From positions 98,052-162,051 of the forward strand of contig NMRA01000021.1 in the NCBI GenBank assembly GCA_002633005.1: a stretch of 64,000 nucleotides of DNA, given 5' to 3'. A model generated the notes under the pieces. It was not told where the DNA came from. It searched no databases and saw only the letters and a program-made list of their open reading frames with translations. The translations under genes and the position numbers were made by a program. Shown in pieces: positions 36,251 to 48,235 of the stretch; positions within the stretch are counted from its first letter, which is position 1, and each line of letters begins with the position of its first letter. This stretch comes from Phoronis australis (taxonomy: Eukaryota > Animalia > Phoronida).

Positions 36251-37580
36251 AGGTGGGCGGCTGCGTTGATTTTATGAAAATTCGTTAACAAAAAACCATT
36301 TAAGATAATTACTTAAAAATTTGCACACATATAAAACAGATAGAAATGCATTTAAAAACATTTTATTACTCTAGTTCTATGGCTAATGACAAATTAAAAA
36401 AATGATTGCGTAATTCTCCCCGTCATAAAAAATACAAATGCTTTTACAAGTATGAGAGTCCAATAAGTGCAATAGAATAACATTTATACCTTAGACAATT
36501 AAAATTATAAGCAAAAACAGAGCACAAACTTTAGTAATTTTTTTCAAATTAAATTACTCGGTAAAACGTTAACTCAAAAAGTATTTGAGATACAGACTTG
36601 AAACATATCTCATTGCACTTTCCATATACATGTCAAATTTCATACATATAGTAGGGTTAGAACCCATTTTACAGTGATATGTGCGAAAAGCACCTTTTGA
36701 GAAAATCGCAGTTGAACTTTGTAGTTTCACAATTACTTTGATGAACTAATATATTCACACAATTTTTCCATTTCAGGTTAACACTAGAGTCAGTCAAACA
36801 TTTAAAAACTTCCTGGAGCGTACTGAACACCTTCTCTTCCTTGCTGTGCCTGTCTTTCTTGCATTCTCACATGCTCAATGGCTTGTCGACAAACAACAGC
36901 TTTATCCATCACCTTACGATTTGATTTTGCCACGGGCTCTAAGTCTCTACCTTCGACAAATTTCTCAGTGTAGACCTCAGCATCCACATGGAGTTCATCA
37001 AAACGATTCAATATCACAACACTACCTTTGTTATACTTTTGGACACGTGGCCAGTACAGTGTCCACAGTTTGGTGACTGGACCACCTCTCTTTAGGGCAT
37101 GCGTCGCACTGTGGAATGAAACGCTTCATTCGCATTAGATGTCTTGCCACTAAGACATCTCTTCAGCAATTGAGGATCACCTAGCCACTTATAGATAGGC
37201 AATAATGCCAGAGCCAAATCTCTGGGTATGGTCTTTGAATGCTCGCGAGGCGTTTTACCCTCTGCCAAAGCTCAATTGTAAAGGCACCAGCTTTCAGTTC
37301 CCTGGGGGCATCTGAAGTGATGTGGGTCACTGTCAGTGGAGTGTGTATGGAAATATGAAGCCCATACTGCAGTTCGCATGGCCTCGAGGTCACCTGAGTT
37401 GTCTTTTATTGCCCTACCATAATAATTAGTCATTTTTTTGATAAACTTTGTCAGCTTGCCCCTTCCACTTATTGGTTTACACTGCACCTTGCTTTTCTCC
37501 ACAAGATTCGGGAGTGCCGTCCCCATTCTCTTCGACTCTTGGTTCATGCAGTCAGCTTTCTCAAGTGGATAGTTGATTCT
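36251..37580 (-). mobile_element. Kolobok-type (Pfam Mutator-like) DDE transposase remnant, 3' part
   Basis: TTAA|GGTGG terminus; KRMGTAL, GRGKLT, NYYGRAIKDN, HSTDSDPHHFRCPQGTESWC, RCLSGKTSNANE. Confidence 0.75.
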
Positions 37581-37704
37581 GTGAGAGTTAACTGTGAATT
37601 CACCGGAACTGGGGCAGAAGCTTGCCGTTTGGCCTATTGTCCGATAAATTCGCTGAGTGTATTCTGTTAAGTTTACTTCGAATTTTAATCATTTAGAGTG
37701 AAAA

Positions 37705-37845
37705 ATGCCAAACAAGTATTGCTGTTACAGAAAAAGTAATTCAGATTCGTGTTATGGGCATCTAGAACAGTATATTTCAGAGTACATTTCATAAATTTCC
37801 CGAAGCTGAAAACGAACCTTGACAAGTGCAAACTCGATTTTTTGC
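37705..37845 (+). pseudogene. THAP-finger start of an ISL2EU-type transposase (stub)
   Basis: MPNKYCCY..NSDS..Y / VHFINFPKLKTNLDKCK. Confidence 0.5.
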
Positions 37846-37854
37846 TGTGGGAGG

Positions 37855-39795
37855 AAGAAATATTGGGGCAGTCAATCGACCTTCACGCATTTTGTGCCTC
37901 AGATTATTACTTGATTGACTGCTGGTGTCTAATTAAACCTCTTTCACATCACCAATGGTGATAGGTAATGTTATTCTTTCTTCATCAATCATCGTTTTGA
38001 CCTTAAGATGAGCCACAGCATCCGCTTTTCCCTGTCCATTTCAAAGGTCAGTGGACAGTCCACCATGCAAAAAAGGCGACGTCTACACCAAGGCTCTGAA
38101 ATGAAACAAAATATGTACTGTATGGTGAAAGCAATTACGTTGGAGTGGAATCATAGAGTGAACAATTTAAATTGTACCCGTGACTAAAAATAACACATTA
38201 CATTTATTGCGCTATTTCTTGTCCTGACTTCAGTTCAAAATTGTCACAATGCCAAGAATGGGCATAGCAAAATGTTTAAATCAATTTTTGAATGAATAAA
38301 CGATCCAAAACAGAACAATAACAGACTGAGACAGCATCAGGTAAATTCAATCAAGGGTGCAAAGTTTCAACTTAAAAAACTTATCCTGCTCAAAAACCTC
38401 ATTTGAAACCTCGTTATTGAGCTTGCACTAGTATGTACATGTAATTTCTCATTGAACTTACATGACTACGTAAATATATGAAATTCTAAAAACCTTGCAT
38501 TTCTATTATGAACTGGTCGCTAAGTGAGTAACAAGTCGGTGTGTTTTGAATTTGGGTATTTTTGCCTGGTATTACATATTAACCCAAGTTTCCATATGAA
38601 TACACATTTTTTACACATTAACTGTCTATAAATTCAACACTAAGTTCTATCAAATGACAGAAATACGTACAGATTTCATTTCATTTGACATGCCTAATAC
38701 TTGATCGTCTGTAAGCAGTGTCCTGGCATCAAGAGGTCTTGCTTCAAAATGTGCTCTCTGCATTGCCTCTATGTTTTGGAACCTGTTAAAAACGAGTGTT
38801 AGTGAAAGTCATTCAAATCAATATGATACATAATTTCATAATATTTAATTCCACACTGGGAATGTCTCCTTAAACTTATTACGGGTACTTTAGCAAATTT
38901 TCAAGTGGGGTATGCTCATACCTGGAACAGAATTTCCCTAGGCTGGTTTGCCTTCCCCAGGCTGTGTGCACCGGTATTAAAATAATAATTGCACATTTTA
39001 AATGAAACGTTTTTTCCCATTAACATTTAGTTTCAAAGAATAGTCAGCTGAACCTAAATGAGATTGAACACTATGTCTCATCAATGACAACTACAGTTGT
39101 CAGTGTTCTCCAAAGCCTGTTTTGACTCGTCTTGATGTCGAGTTTGAATTTTATCATGACGTGTTTGGTTTATTTGCATAGAGTTTGAAAAGTAGTTCAA
39201 CGAGTTTGAACTCTTGGATGATTAGTCAGCGGTAATGAATTGCGACATTTTGGATTTTTGGTAACAAGTTCAATGCGTTAAGTCCACACCAGGCAGCAGC
39301 GTGTATGCAAACTGGGTCCTTGTTCACAATAATCCACAGTCTGTAATGGTCACGCTTCATATAAGTCTTGTCATGTTGGGTAGGTTTTACTTTGGACACA
39401 AAGAGAGATATTTCGCGGTCTTCACTGACTGACGAGTGTCGCAGATCAAGAACATGGTCGTCAGCGAACAGTCTTCCGCACTTTTATAGGCTCTCAGTTT
39501 TCTGTTGAATCTTGCTTTCGAACAGATCAAGTAATTGAAAGTGTCATATAAGCCAATTTTTGGGATGGCCTCAAAATCATAGTCCAGTGATACGTCATTA
39601 CCAGGGTAGCCAGCTTCAGTTAAAATTTCACCGATCGTCGCTTTATTGTTGTCCATTTTCATGTCCGGGTCCAGTTCCAAATTCAGTCTGTTCACAGCTT
39701 CGCACAACATAACAAGTTCACCTTTTCTCTGTCAGTTTACAGTTATCCTATGATCCATCAACCACCTCGTCAGTTGTAACGTTTTAAGCATAAAA
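37855..39795 (-). mobile_element. ISL2EU-type SAP/SWIM/YqaJ-exonuclease gene remnant (spliced)
   Basis: GLYDTFNYLI, LRAYKSAED, KVKPTQHDKTY..YRLWII, FEARP, and the YqaJ start KMREGRLTA near 37870-37900. Confidence 0.65.
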
Positions 39796-39895
39796 TTCTC
39801 GATAATTTACCGCTTGTAACAAAGACTCGAGTGCAATACAGAGACAATATGGCGGATTCTGCCCTAATTTCCAGTGACGTCACATTTAATAACTA

Positions 39896-42061
39896 CCGTA
39901 ATCGTTCGGGTTAACGCCCATGCTCAGTTAACCGCCCACCCCTACTTTAGGTGGATTTTCGATTTAACCGCCCACTGCTCGATTAACCGCCCCCTGCTGT
40001 TTTTGAAGATTTCCAATTAAGCGCCCACCTCTCGGTTAAGCGCCCATCCCCTACTTTTGACGATTGGTGATTACCGCCCTGTGCTAATAGGAAACGCGAA
40101 TCCCCGACCTTTTAGATTAAGATCGATGATAACATTGAGTGCAACGATGTGAATTATGATACCAGTAACAAATTATTGTAACGGGTCATCGATTAACTTC
40201 AAAATGTAACACTTGAACACTTTGTCACTTTCTTTTCTTCTCATGTTCGCAAACTTTAGGAACCGCGCTGGCGTCTACACCTCCACTTTCAGCCACAATA
40301 TCTGCCGCACTGAGTTATCGACTACAGTGCACTATATAAAAGATGCATTCGAAATAACCAGGTCAGAGAAATATGACATTGGTTTTGCCAACCCTCTCAA
40401 TGCGCTTTAGGTTGTAAGCTCTCGGGATTTTGAAGAATTCCCATAAACCGCGAAAAGTTGATAAATTCTTTATATTTTGGTGAGTGTAATTGCCGGGCTA
40501 TCGAGATCCCCGTCTTTCGAGTACTCTCGTCACGGTAATTTCGTCGGATATAGTAAACCGGGGTTACTACCGTACTTAAACGAACAATTAAGGCTTCGTC
40601 TAAGAATTATTTTTACCGACCCAGTCATTGGTATTTGTAAATAATATCTTTTAAGTAATATCGTTTTGAGTAATGCCTTTACTTTAACTTTTGATTGAAA
40701 ACTGGCTTATGTCCGCTTACCTCCGATATCCCAGGTCACGGAGTCTCAAAAACATGATAATCACAAAACCCAAAAAACACATCTGCATTAAGATTTTCAA
40801 ACTTATATTACAACTCCTGTTAAAATTTGCTCTCTGGCTCAGAACTTACAGCTGGCACGGGACTGTAACCATAGGCCTAAATTTAATGTATGCTGTAACC
40901 TCTACAAAACGTGAAGTTTGCACGCGCGCACTTCTGCATTGTAACCACATGAGAAAAGTTGAACCGAAACAATGTGACAAGTACCGTAGATAAATTGTAT
41001 CGTATTCTACCGACTGAGGAGTGAAGGTGTAGGGCGAACCTTTCGTAATAAGACGTGGTTATTTCCCGACTTTCAGAACAAGAATGAAGTATGTATAATT
41101 CAAGATGTTCTATTTCAATCAACTAAAATGCGATTACTCAGACTGGGCCAACAATAAATACACAACGAATGTCAACAACAGATAGAAGACCAGTAAAAAC
41201 GCGAGTGTAGCCGAAACTCGTGTTTGTGTTTTGCAATGTAACTTGGTGGCAATTTTTCGAATGTAGAGTTTGTTAACAAAAAGTTTGTTATTGTATTTAG
41301 CCATTGAAAGGCCAGAGTACCGTACATGTCAACTCCACATACCGGCAACATAAACAGGCGAGTCGACAGTGCATGGCAACTGAATAGTTGAACCCGATTT
41401 CGTGATTGATTATACATTTTTATGCTTTTTGACCATTCAGACCAGGAGTACATTCTGTTATCTCGAAATGATTTTGAACTGAAATTCGGAACTGCTGGTA
41501 GTCCTTGTCTACGTGACCGTCAGTTAAGTTGTTTATTATGGGAGTGCACTGATCAAACAGGAAAAATGGGTCAGCACGTGACCACAACTGGGTTAAAACG
41601 ACAGCACAGCTACCGTCTGCTACGCAGGTGAACATGTTCAACGTCTGCGAAGTATAGTGAAATAATGAGCATAATTCGCAATAATCGGTCTCACCTGAGG
41701 CGCCATATTATGTAGCAAACTTTCTATGCAAGCGTTCGGAGTTTGACCACACTCTACATTTTCGAAACTATTTGTTAATTAGAGTGCGCAGAGTACGCAC
41801 TTGGTGGCGATAAAGTTCTTTTCAAAGTGTTAGGCGATCCCAGTATGTGGCTTAGTACGTGTGGTGACTCAGATCATAAGGTAAGATTAACCGCCCAGGG
41901 CGGTTGCCTGTCGTAATAAGCGCCCATGTTCAGTTAACCGCCCCCCCCCCCCGATTTCTTGAAATTTCACGTTTAAGCGCCCATGTCTGGTTAACCGCCC
42001 ACCCCCGAGTTTTTGGGTTCGCCAATTTAACCGCCCAGGACGTTAACCCGAACGATTACGG
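39896..42061. mobile_element. Non-autonomous Tc1/mariner (pogo-type) element, 2166 bp
   Basis: TA TSDs; perfect 21-bp TIR CCGTAATCGTTCGGGTTAACG; subterminal TTAA(C/G)CGCCC arrays at both ends; no long ORF. Confidence 0.9.
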
Positions 42062-42539
42062 TAGAAACAAGCAAGTGAGCTATTCACTACCTAGGAGATA
42101 AAACAACTTGTCCGAGTGTGTATTTTTTTCTGGACTACGAGCAGCTCTGCCATGATAATTTTTTGAGGTTGGAAACAAATTATAGAAGTTAGTGAGGCTA
42201 AAACAGGGTTTTGTATGCTATTGAAGAAGTTACATCTTGCAAAAACTTTGAATTATGTAAATTCAACTTGTGCCACCTAGTGACTTCCTGGTGTGTATAA
42301 AAATATAATCTAGAAAACAAAGACTGGGCACGAAAAAATCACTTTAATGCAAGCGTAAAACTGGAATAGCACATTCCTTGAGATGTCACAATAGTAAGTA
42401 AAATTAAATGTAAAATTAAATGTGTAAAATTTGACACTTTAACATTTATGTAAGACTTCCACCAGGCACAGTCTCTGGCAGTTTTAAAACAAAAGTTAAT
42501 TTACATGTTCAAAGTTTGCAATAAAATGTAACATCTTCA

Positions 42540-43190
42540 ATGATTCTTCCTCTGAAGAACCTTCTGATAGTTAAAAATTCTCTCATTTATTTCCTTCTTA
42601 CTAGTTAAAGGAAATCTCTCAGTGACAGAAGTGATCAGCTGTGTTAGTTTAACTGGATCCAAGGATGGTCGAGAACCCTGGGGACCACAATACTGTTATT
42701 GCCAGACAGAGAAGAGTCAATAATCTCCTCTGTGCTGAACAGGGATTTGAGTAATTGGTCAACTCCTCCCTTTGCTGAGGAGACATGGTAGAGATCATGG
42801 ATCTCTACAGTCAAAGGAGCAGTTTCAACTGGTGGCGACTTTAGATAAGTCTTTTCTCCCCTCCAACTTGTCTACTCTTCTCTTGAGTCTCTTAATTTCT
42901 TTACGAAGATTTGTGACTATTTCATGAAGTTCAAAATGAAAATTCATTTTCAAAAAAGAATTATCTCAATAGAGTTTTGCAAAAGCACTTTAAATATAAA
43001 TACTTCATGTTGAATTCATCCAACCCGAATCCCTATTTCAACAGAGTACTTGTGTCAACTAAAAACTGCCTTACTCCTTAGGTACGTGCTAGAGTGGTTC
43101 ATATTGACTATCTGCTCTGGTAGCACATATTTGAAATTTCCCAAGAAATTTCAGAACTTTGCACATGAAAACTTGTGTATTTTATTTTTG
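42540..43190 (-). pseudogene. Coiled-coil + BEN-domain protein remnant (probable DNA-transposon accessory gene)
   Basis: IVTNLRKEIKRLKRRVDKLE; DQLLKSLFSTEEIIDSSLSG..RPSLDPVKLTQLITSVTERFP..INERIFNYQK. Confidence 0.6.
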
Positions 43191-43389
43191 GTTGTCATTT
43201 CCTTACTAGAAGACTGGACCACAAAAGTCAATGAATCCATTACTCTTAGAAATTTTAGTATCACCATAGTGGTGCAAATTACACACTCTAATGTATGCCA
43301 CAGTCACCTTCACCTAACATTTGAATATACCTGAGACAATAATTGTAGATTCTCATTTCATGGCTTTTGATGAGCCATTAAAATTGCTT

Positions 43390-43520
43390 TCTCTTGAATC
43401 ACTGTGTAAATGCACCCTTTCATCATACTCATTTTTCCTTATGCAGGGCGCTCTTTAGGTGGATGATTTGTGCCACAGAAACGACAGTCACGAATTCTGC
43501 TTCATCGGAATTCATGTACT
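43390..43520 (-). mobile_element. Ty3/Gypsy gag zinc-knuckle remnant
   Basis: DCRFCGTNHPPKE(R)PA*GK resembles CxxCGxxHxxxxCPAxGK. Confidence 0.45.
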
Positions 43521-43624
43521 GGTGAATCCAGTGATGGGTCAAAACACTTTGTGTTTCTAGGAGAATACAGTGTCATTGTTTGGTACCTGTGATTTCTCTT
43601 ATAGCAAAATAGCTCATCAACAGA

Positions 43625-43820
43625 TGCACTATCTAACGCAACTGAGTTGTGGGCCTCCCGCATCAATTGCGTTAAGTTGGTTGTCTGCTGACCCGTAAGA
43701 AGTACCGCATGCTCTTCCTGTTTCCCCCCTGTTGCATTTTCCGAACTTTCTGGACACTGAGCAATCAAATGCCTAATATGACTCATGAGACAAGCAGGTC
43801 AAACGTTCCCATTAGATCCA
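43625..43820 (-). mobile_element. Copia-like gag/protease junction remnant
   Basis: SHIRHLIAQCPES..VLLTG..EAHNSVALDSA (knuckle followed by a protease LDS motif). Confidence 0.5.
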
Positions 43821-45670
43821 AAAAACAAGACATTCATCCAATAACCAGTAATTAATAAGTCGCTCATCATTAACACTAACTTGTCTTCTGCCTCCAAACC
43901 TAAGTTTTCAGCCTTAGCTCCTCTGTGTAAATTTGTAGTATTCACCGAGTCGCTGCTTTATTTCCATAATAGAATTCTAAAAGCATTTGCAACTGTACTG
44001 GTCATTAACTGTACAGCAAGATTTACTTTCATATGTGAAAATGGGGTTAGATAAATGTGACACTTGTTTATTTTTGGACTCCACTAAAACAAGTTATTCT
44101 CACAGTGCTGTTCATACAGTCATGTTATGTGCTTCCTAAACATATATTGTCCATTCCACAAAAATCTTGTGTACTTATGTGCTTCTCAGTTACTAAAACA
44201 ATTGCGAGTCATTTTCAACTGATGAGGGGGATTGGAAATAAAATACAATTAAAGCTCAGCAATAGAAATGAGATTTGCACATCGCTACACTACACATTCT
44301 AAATTTTCATCATTACCAATCCTATGTAAATTAAAAAACTTTCTAGTGGGTGATGTGCCCCATCACAAGTTATAAACATCACACGCAAATCAAGATCAAT
44401 CTCAAGAATTTCAATACATTTCAAAATGGCTGGATACAGAAACTAACTAGTAATGCCATCAGTTGCATAATTGGCTAAAGAGATCTTGCACCCATCACCA
44501 TTATTACCAATACATACTTTGGAACAGTTGAAGCTTGATTTTGTAGAACATTTAAATTTTGCAGCTGCTTTGAGCTACGCTCTCTTACTCCCCATAGCCT
44601 ATTAGTTCATCAGTGTGCTTATCATACACCATTTGTCCTTAATCCAGACTTGTTCTTGCAGTAAGCCCACATATCTCTTGTGTTCAACAGTATAGCAACC
44701 TTCCTTTAAATAGACTTGCCTTAATTGACTTAAATACATCAGGATGAACACCATACTTCGAGACTTGAAAATGGCTGTAATCATATAAAGTCTACAGCTA
44801 GACAAATTGATAAAACCACGGTCTCTTATGGCCTTATAAGCTTTACTTAAGACTTAGACATTGACATCAAGTACAAACACCATGTAATCATCACTGGGTG
44901 GCATTTCATCCCCTTTTTACCTCTACTATTGTTGAATTTCAGTTGTTGCTCCCAGAACAGATACTGGTAGCTGTCGCTTGGGAAACTGCATTCTACCTCT
45001 CTCTCAAAACTGTGCAATGTTTGAGAATAAAAACCTATCTTGAGTCAGAAAGGCGCTGACTCTGTAGATCTATAAGATCTTGCAACTGCTTACTCAGTAC
45101 CTTAACCTGGTTACTTAATGATTTCCGGCTCTTTTTACTTTCACTGAGTTTCAGGCGCAGCTCCTTAACGCTCATTACACTTTCCCTCTTTCCGACACTA
45201 ATAAGACTTTTGACTTGGCAATAAACACGAGCCCGTGACATCATTTTCCTCTCGGTACCACAGTCACAATTTGCATTTCTGGCACTGGTGACCTGAGGTG
45301 GCAATTAAATCGCAATCTGTATGTCGAATTGTGGCTTGGTCACCGTAGTCTCTGTACGCTTGTACAGGGTTACACGCATGGTTGCTTAGTCCAGCACCAA
45401 TAGGAATCAAAGTCTGGACGTCTTCATAACAGTTACCTCCAGACACATTCCACTGACTTAGTTTGGATAGCAGCTGCAACTTGTGGTAAAACATTGAGGC
45501 AAACCCAGCCAAAACTCGCTTCTTCCAGCTGGTCATTTGTCATGAATGTTGACAACACCAAAAAAAAGTTGTGATCAATTATCACTGAAACCTTTACCAT
45601 TGGGTTGTCAAACAAGAACATTGCAAGAAATTGTATATTATGGTCTTGTACATAAAGTTGCCCAGAAGCT
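43820..45670 (-). mobile_element. Third P-like transposase copy, heavily decayed
   Basis: Collinear nucleotide similarity to ~26520-28390 (e.g. gttgctcccagaacaga, taatgccatcagttgcataatt, atcactgaaacctttaccat). Confidence 0.88.
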
Positions 45671-46073
45671 CATCAACTTGTTGTCTTGAATAAAAATTTA
45701 GACTCGACAAATAACCTGAAATCCTCAAGTTTTCCAAGCAGCATCCCTAATATTTTTAAGTTCCTGTGGAATCTGGATTGAAGGATAAGTCCAATTCTGC
45801 GCTAGATAGGACCCCGCAACAGGAGAAAAATGTTGATGAACACACATGCGACGTTTGTTTTGAAGTTTGTGTGCATGTGTGTGTGTGAGAGTGAGCGAGC
45901 ACTTGTGTGTCATCAGAGCTTATTTGCCAGAGTAAATGCAATGTAACTATCTAGGTGTGCATTGAAACTAAAGAAATTAATAACAAGCAGTATGCTGAAT
46001 GTGTTTATGTAGCACTTGGTTATCTCATCCGCTTAAACACGTTTGAGAATTGTATTGCCAAGGCAGATATTAA

Positions 46074-47404
46074 AGGCGAAGGCAACCTTTTTGCATGTCA
46101 TTTTTATCAAAAATAAGGTTCGTTGATTATCCCAGACACATTTTTCACTTAATTACAGCTTTTCGTAATTTGATTAATTTCTCGTCCTCTACTCCGGAAG
46201 TGACGTTTTGGGAGGCAAGAGTTTCGCGCCAATTTCTTTTCATTATAGTCTGACTGTGAGAGTTGTCGAGTCAGCCATTGTTCTACCTCAGTTGTGATAA
46301 GTTCGATCGTCGTTTGCTTTTGTTTACTGACAAGTCAGTCAACATGCCACGCTGTTGCTGCTTGCCGGGACATACTCGTTATCGTCTCACACGCGCTTTG
46401 CCTGGGTACCTTGCGTCGCTTTCCGAAGGATGGCACACTTCGCCGTACTTGGCTAGCTCATTCATGTGAAGAACGCAGCGCTACCCGTCCACACAACGCA
46501 CAAAGCAGTGGAGGGTTCCCGAGTTTGTGGCAAGCACTTTCTGCCGTCACATTACGACAGAGATATGTACGCTGAATTGACGAAGGTCCTTGCGAAACAA
46601 CGCCTGAAGAAGGGTACAATACCGTCGCTGTTGATTCCCGGCAATGCCCCGTCGCCAACCCCGAGAAGTGCGTTTTTGAAGCGAGAAGGCTCGCGAGCTG
46701 TGGCCACTATATACAGTGACTGGAGGCACTACTGTCACCCGTGCCTCAGAACGTACCCCAGTGCAATTCCGGGAACTAGCAGTGATTCGCCCTGTGCTGT
46801 TGTCTCTAGCCCAGAGCCTGTAAGCAGCCCTGCAGCGATGTTGAGTAGTGGGAGTGAATACAGGCCCAGTTCGACACCTAGTGAAGAGGACAGTTGGTCA
46901 TCCAGTAAACAGACTGGTGAGCCTAAGTTTGATAAGTTTATTGTGGACTTGTATTGGACCTATTTAGAAGGTGCCAGGTGTGTGGCGAGGGGGTCACACA
47001 GCGGGATAAAAGCAGTTTGGGTGCTCAGATCACCCTCCAGTGGGAGTGTGTTGCGGGATACTCGGGCAAGTGGGACAGTTCTTCCTCTGTACGTGAGACG
47101 ATAATGAGTACACCCCAGTACGCAGCAACAGCGTGGTATGTTGACTGACTCTTAAGCAAAAGCAAAGGACGACCGAACTTATCACAACCAAGGTAGAACA
47201 ATGACTGACTCGACTGCTCTCATAGTCAGACTATATGAAAAGAAATTGGCGCTAAATTCTTGCATCCCAAACCGTCACTTCCGGAGTAGACGACGAGTAG
47301 TTAATTAAATTACGAAAAGCAGCAAATAAGTGAAAAATATGTCTGGGATAATCAACGAACCTTATTTTTGCTAAAAATGACATGAAAAAGGGTTGTCTTC
47401 GCCT
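46074..47404 (+). mobile_element. Non-autonomous Kolobok with ~315-bp TIRs and THAP + zinc-ribbon 5' transposase fragment
   Basis: TTAA TSDs (46070-46073, 47405-47408); AGGCGAAG termini; TIRs 46074-46390 and 47093-47404; THAP FPKD..W..RVCGKHF..RLKKGTIPS; LFRRCQVC..WEC..G..W.S. Confidence 0.88.
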
Positions 47405-48147
47405 TTAATGTCATTGAGTTACCGGGTGACTGGATGCGTGTCAGTCTGACAGTTATTTTCTGGGAGATTCGGGTGTAATGGTGTGGAAGTGTTCAGTATC
47501 AGAGATTGATTAGCTTATAAAGTTTATTCAAGATTATGGCTAACATGAACATTGTGCAATTCATGAAGAAAGCTGTGTTACCACGCTAGAATACAAAATA
47601 GATTCTCTGTAACTTGGGAATGTAACTCTTGGCCGAAATAATGACATTGCATTCATGAATGTGACATAACAAACTTATTAAAAATAAAGCTGTTAGAGAA
47701 TCTAACATGTTTGTTCCTTTATAACACAACTGTTGCCCGAACTTCAAGCAAAACCTGATTATCACAGAATAACTCTTTCACAAGCTTGCAGAATACACCA
47801 ATCCTTAAGTGTGTATGGTATGGTTTGCTCACAGAAGTATTACTATATCATTTTGATCTCTGATAAGATAGTATTAAGATTTTTCTATTTTTCTTACTAA
47901 ACAGTCGTGTATTTTATTAATTTCTGGTTTCATTTAGTATTCTGTATGCCAGTTCTCGGAATTGATTAAGTTGGATTTTCGCTTACAGTTAGTAACGTTT
48001 TTCAAATAAGTCGGATTCGCTTAAATCCACGAAAATTTGGGGCCTAAATAAATTGGACTTTGGCAAGTTGAGGCAATTATACGGCTAATCACTAAATCAG
48101 CGGATCCAAAAATCAACGGAAGTAGATGTCACGAATGTAGTGACAGC

Positions 48148-48235
48148 AATAATAATAACAATGATACCAATAATGGTGATGGTGATAGTTATAATATAAT
48201 AAAGTTATGATAATAATAATTATAGTAATAATAAT
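48148..48235. repeat. Degenerate (AAT)n microsatellite
   Basis: aataataataacaatgat...taataataattatagtaataataat. Confidence 0.6.

Noticed and set aside
37862-37885. Right TIR of the Kolobok starting at 36251
   Set aside because: Poor match to GGTGGGCGGCTGC; the sequence reads better as YqaJ coding (REGRLTA).
39900-40080. Repeat-spacer pattern TTAACCGCCC with variable spacers as CRISPR or iterons
   Set aside because: Repeats are only ~10 bp, irregularly spaced, and lie just inside the TIRs of a TA-flanked element.
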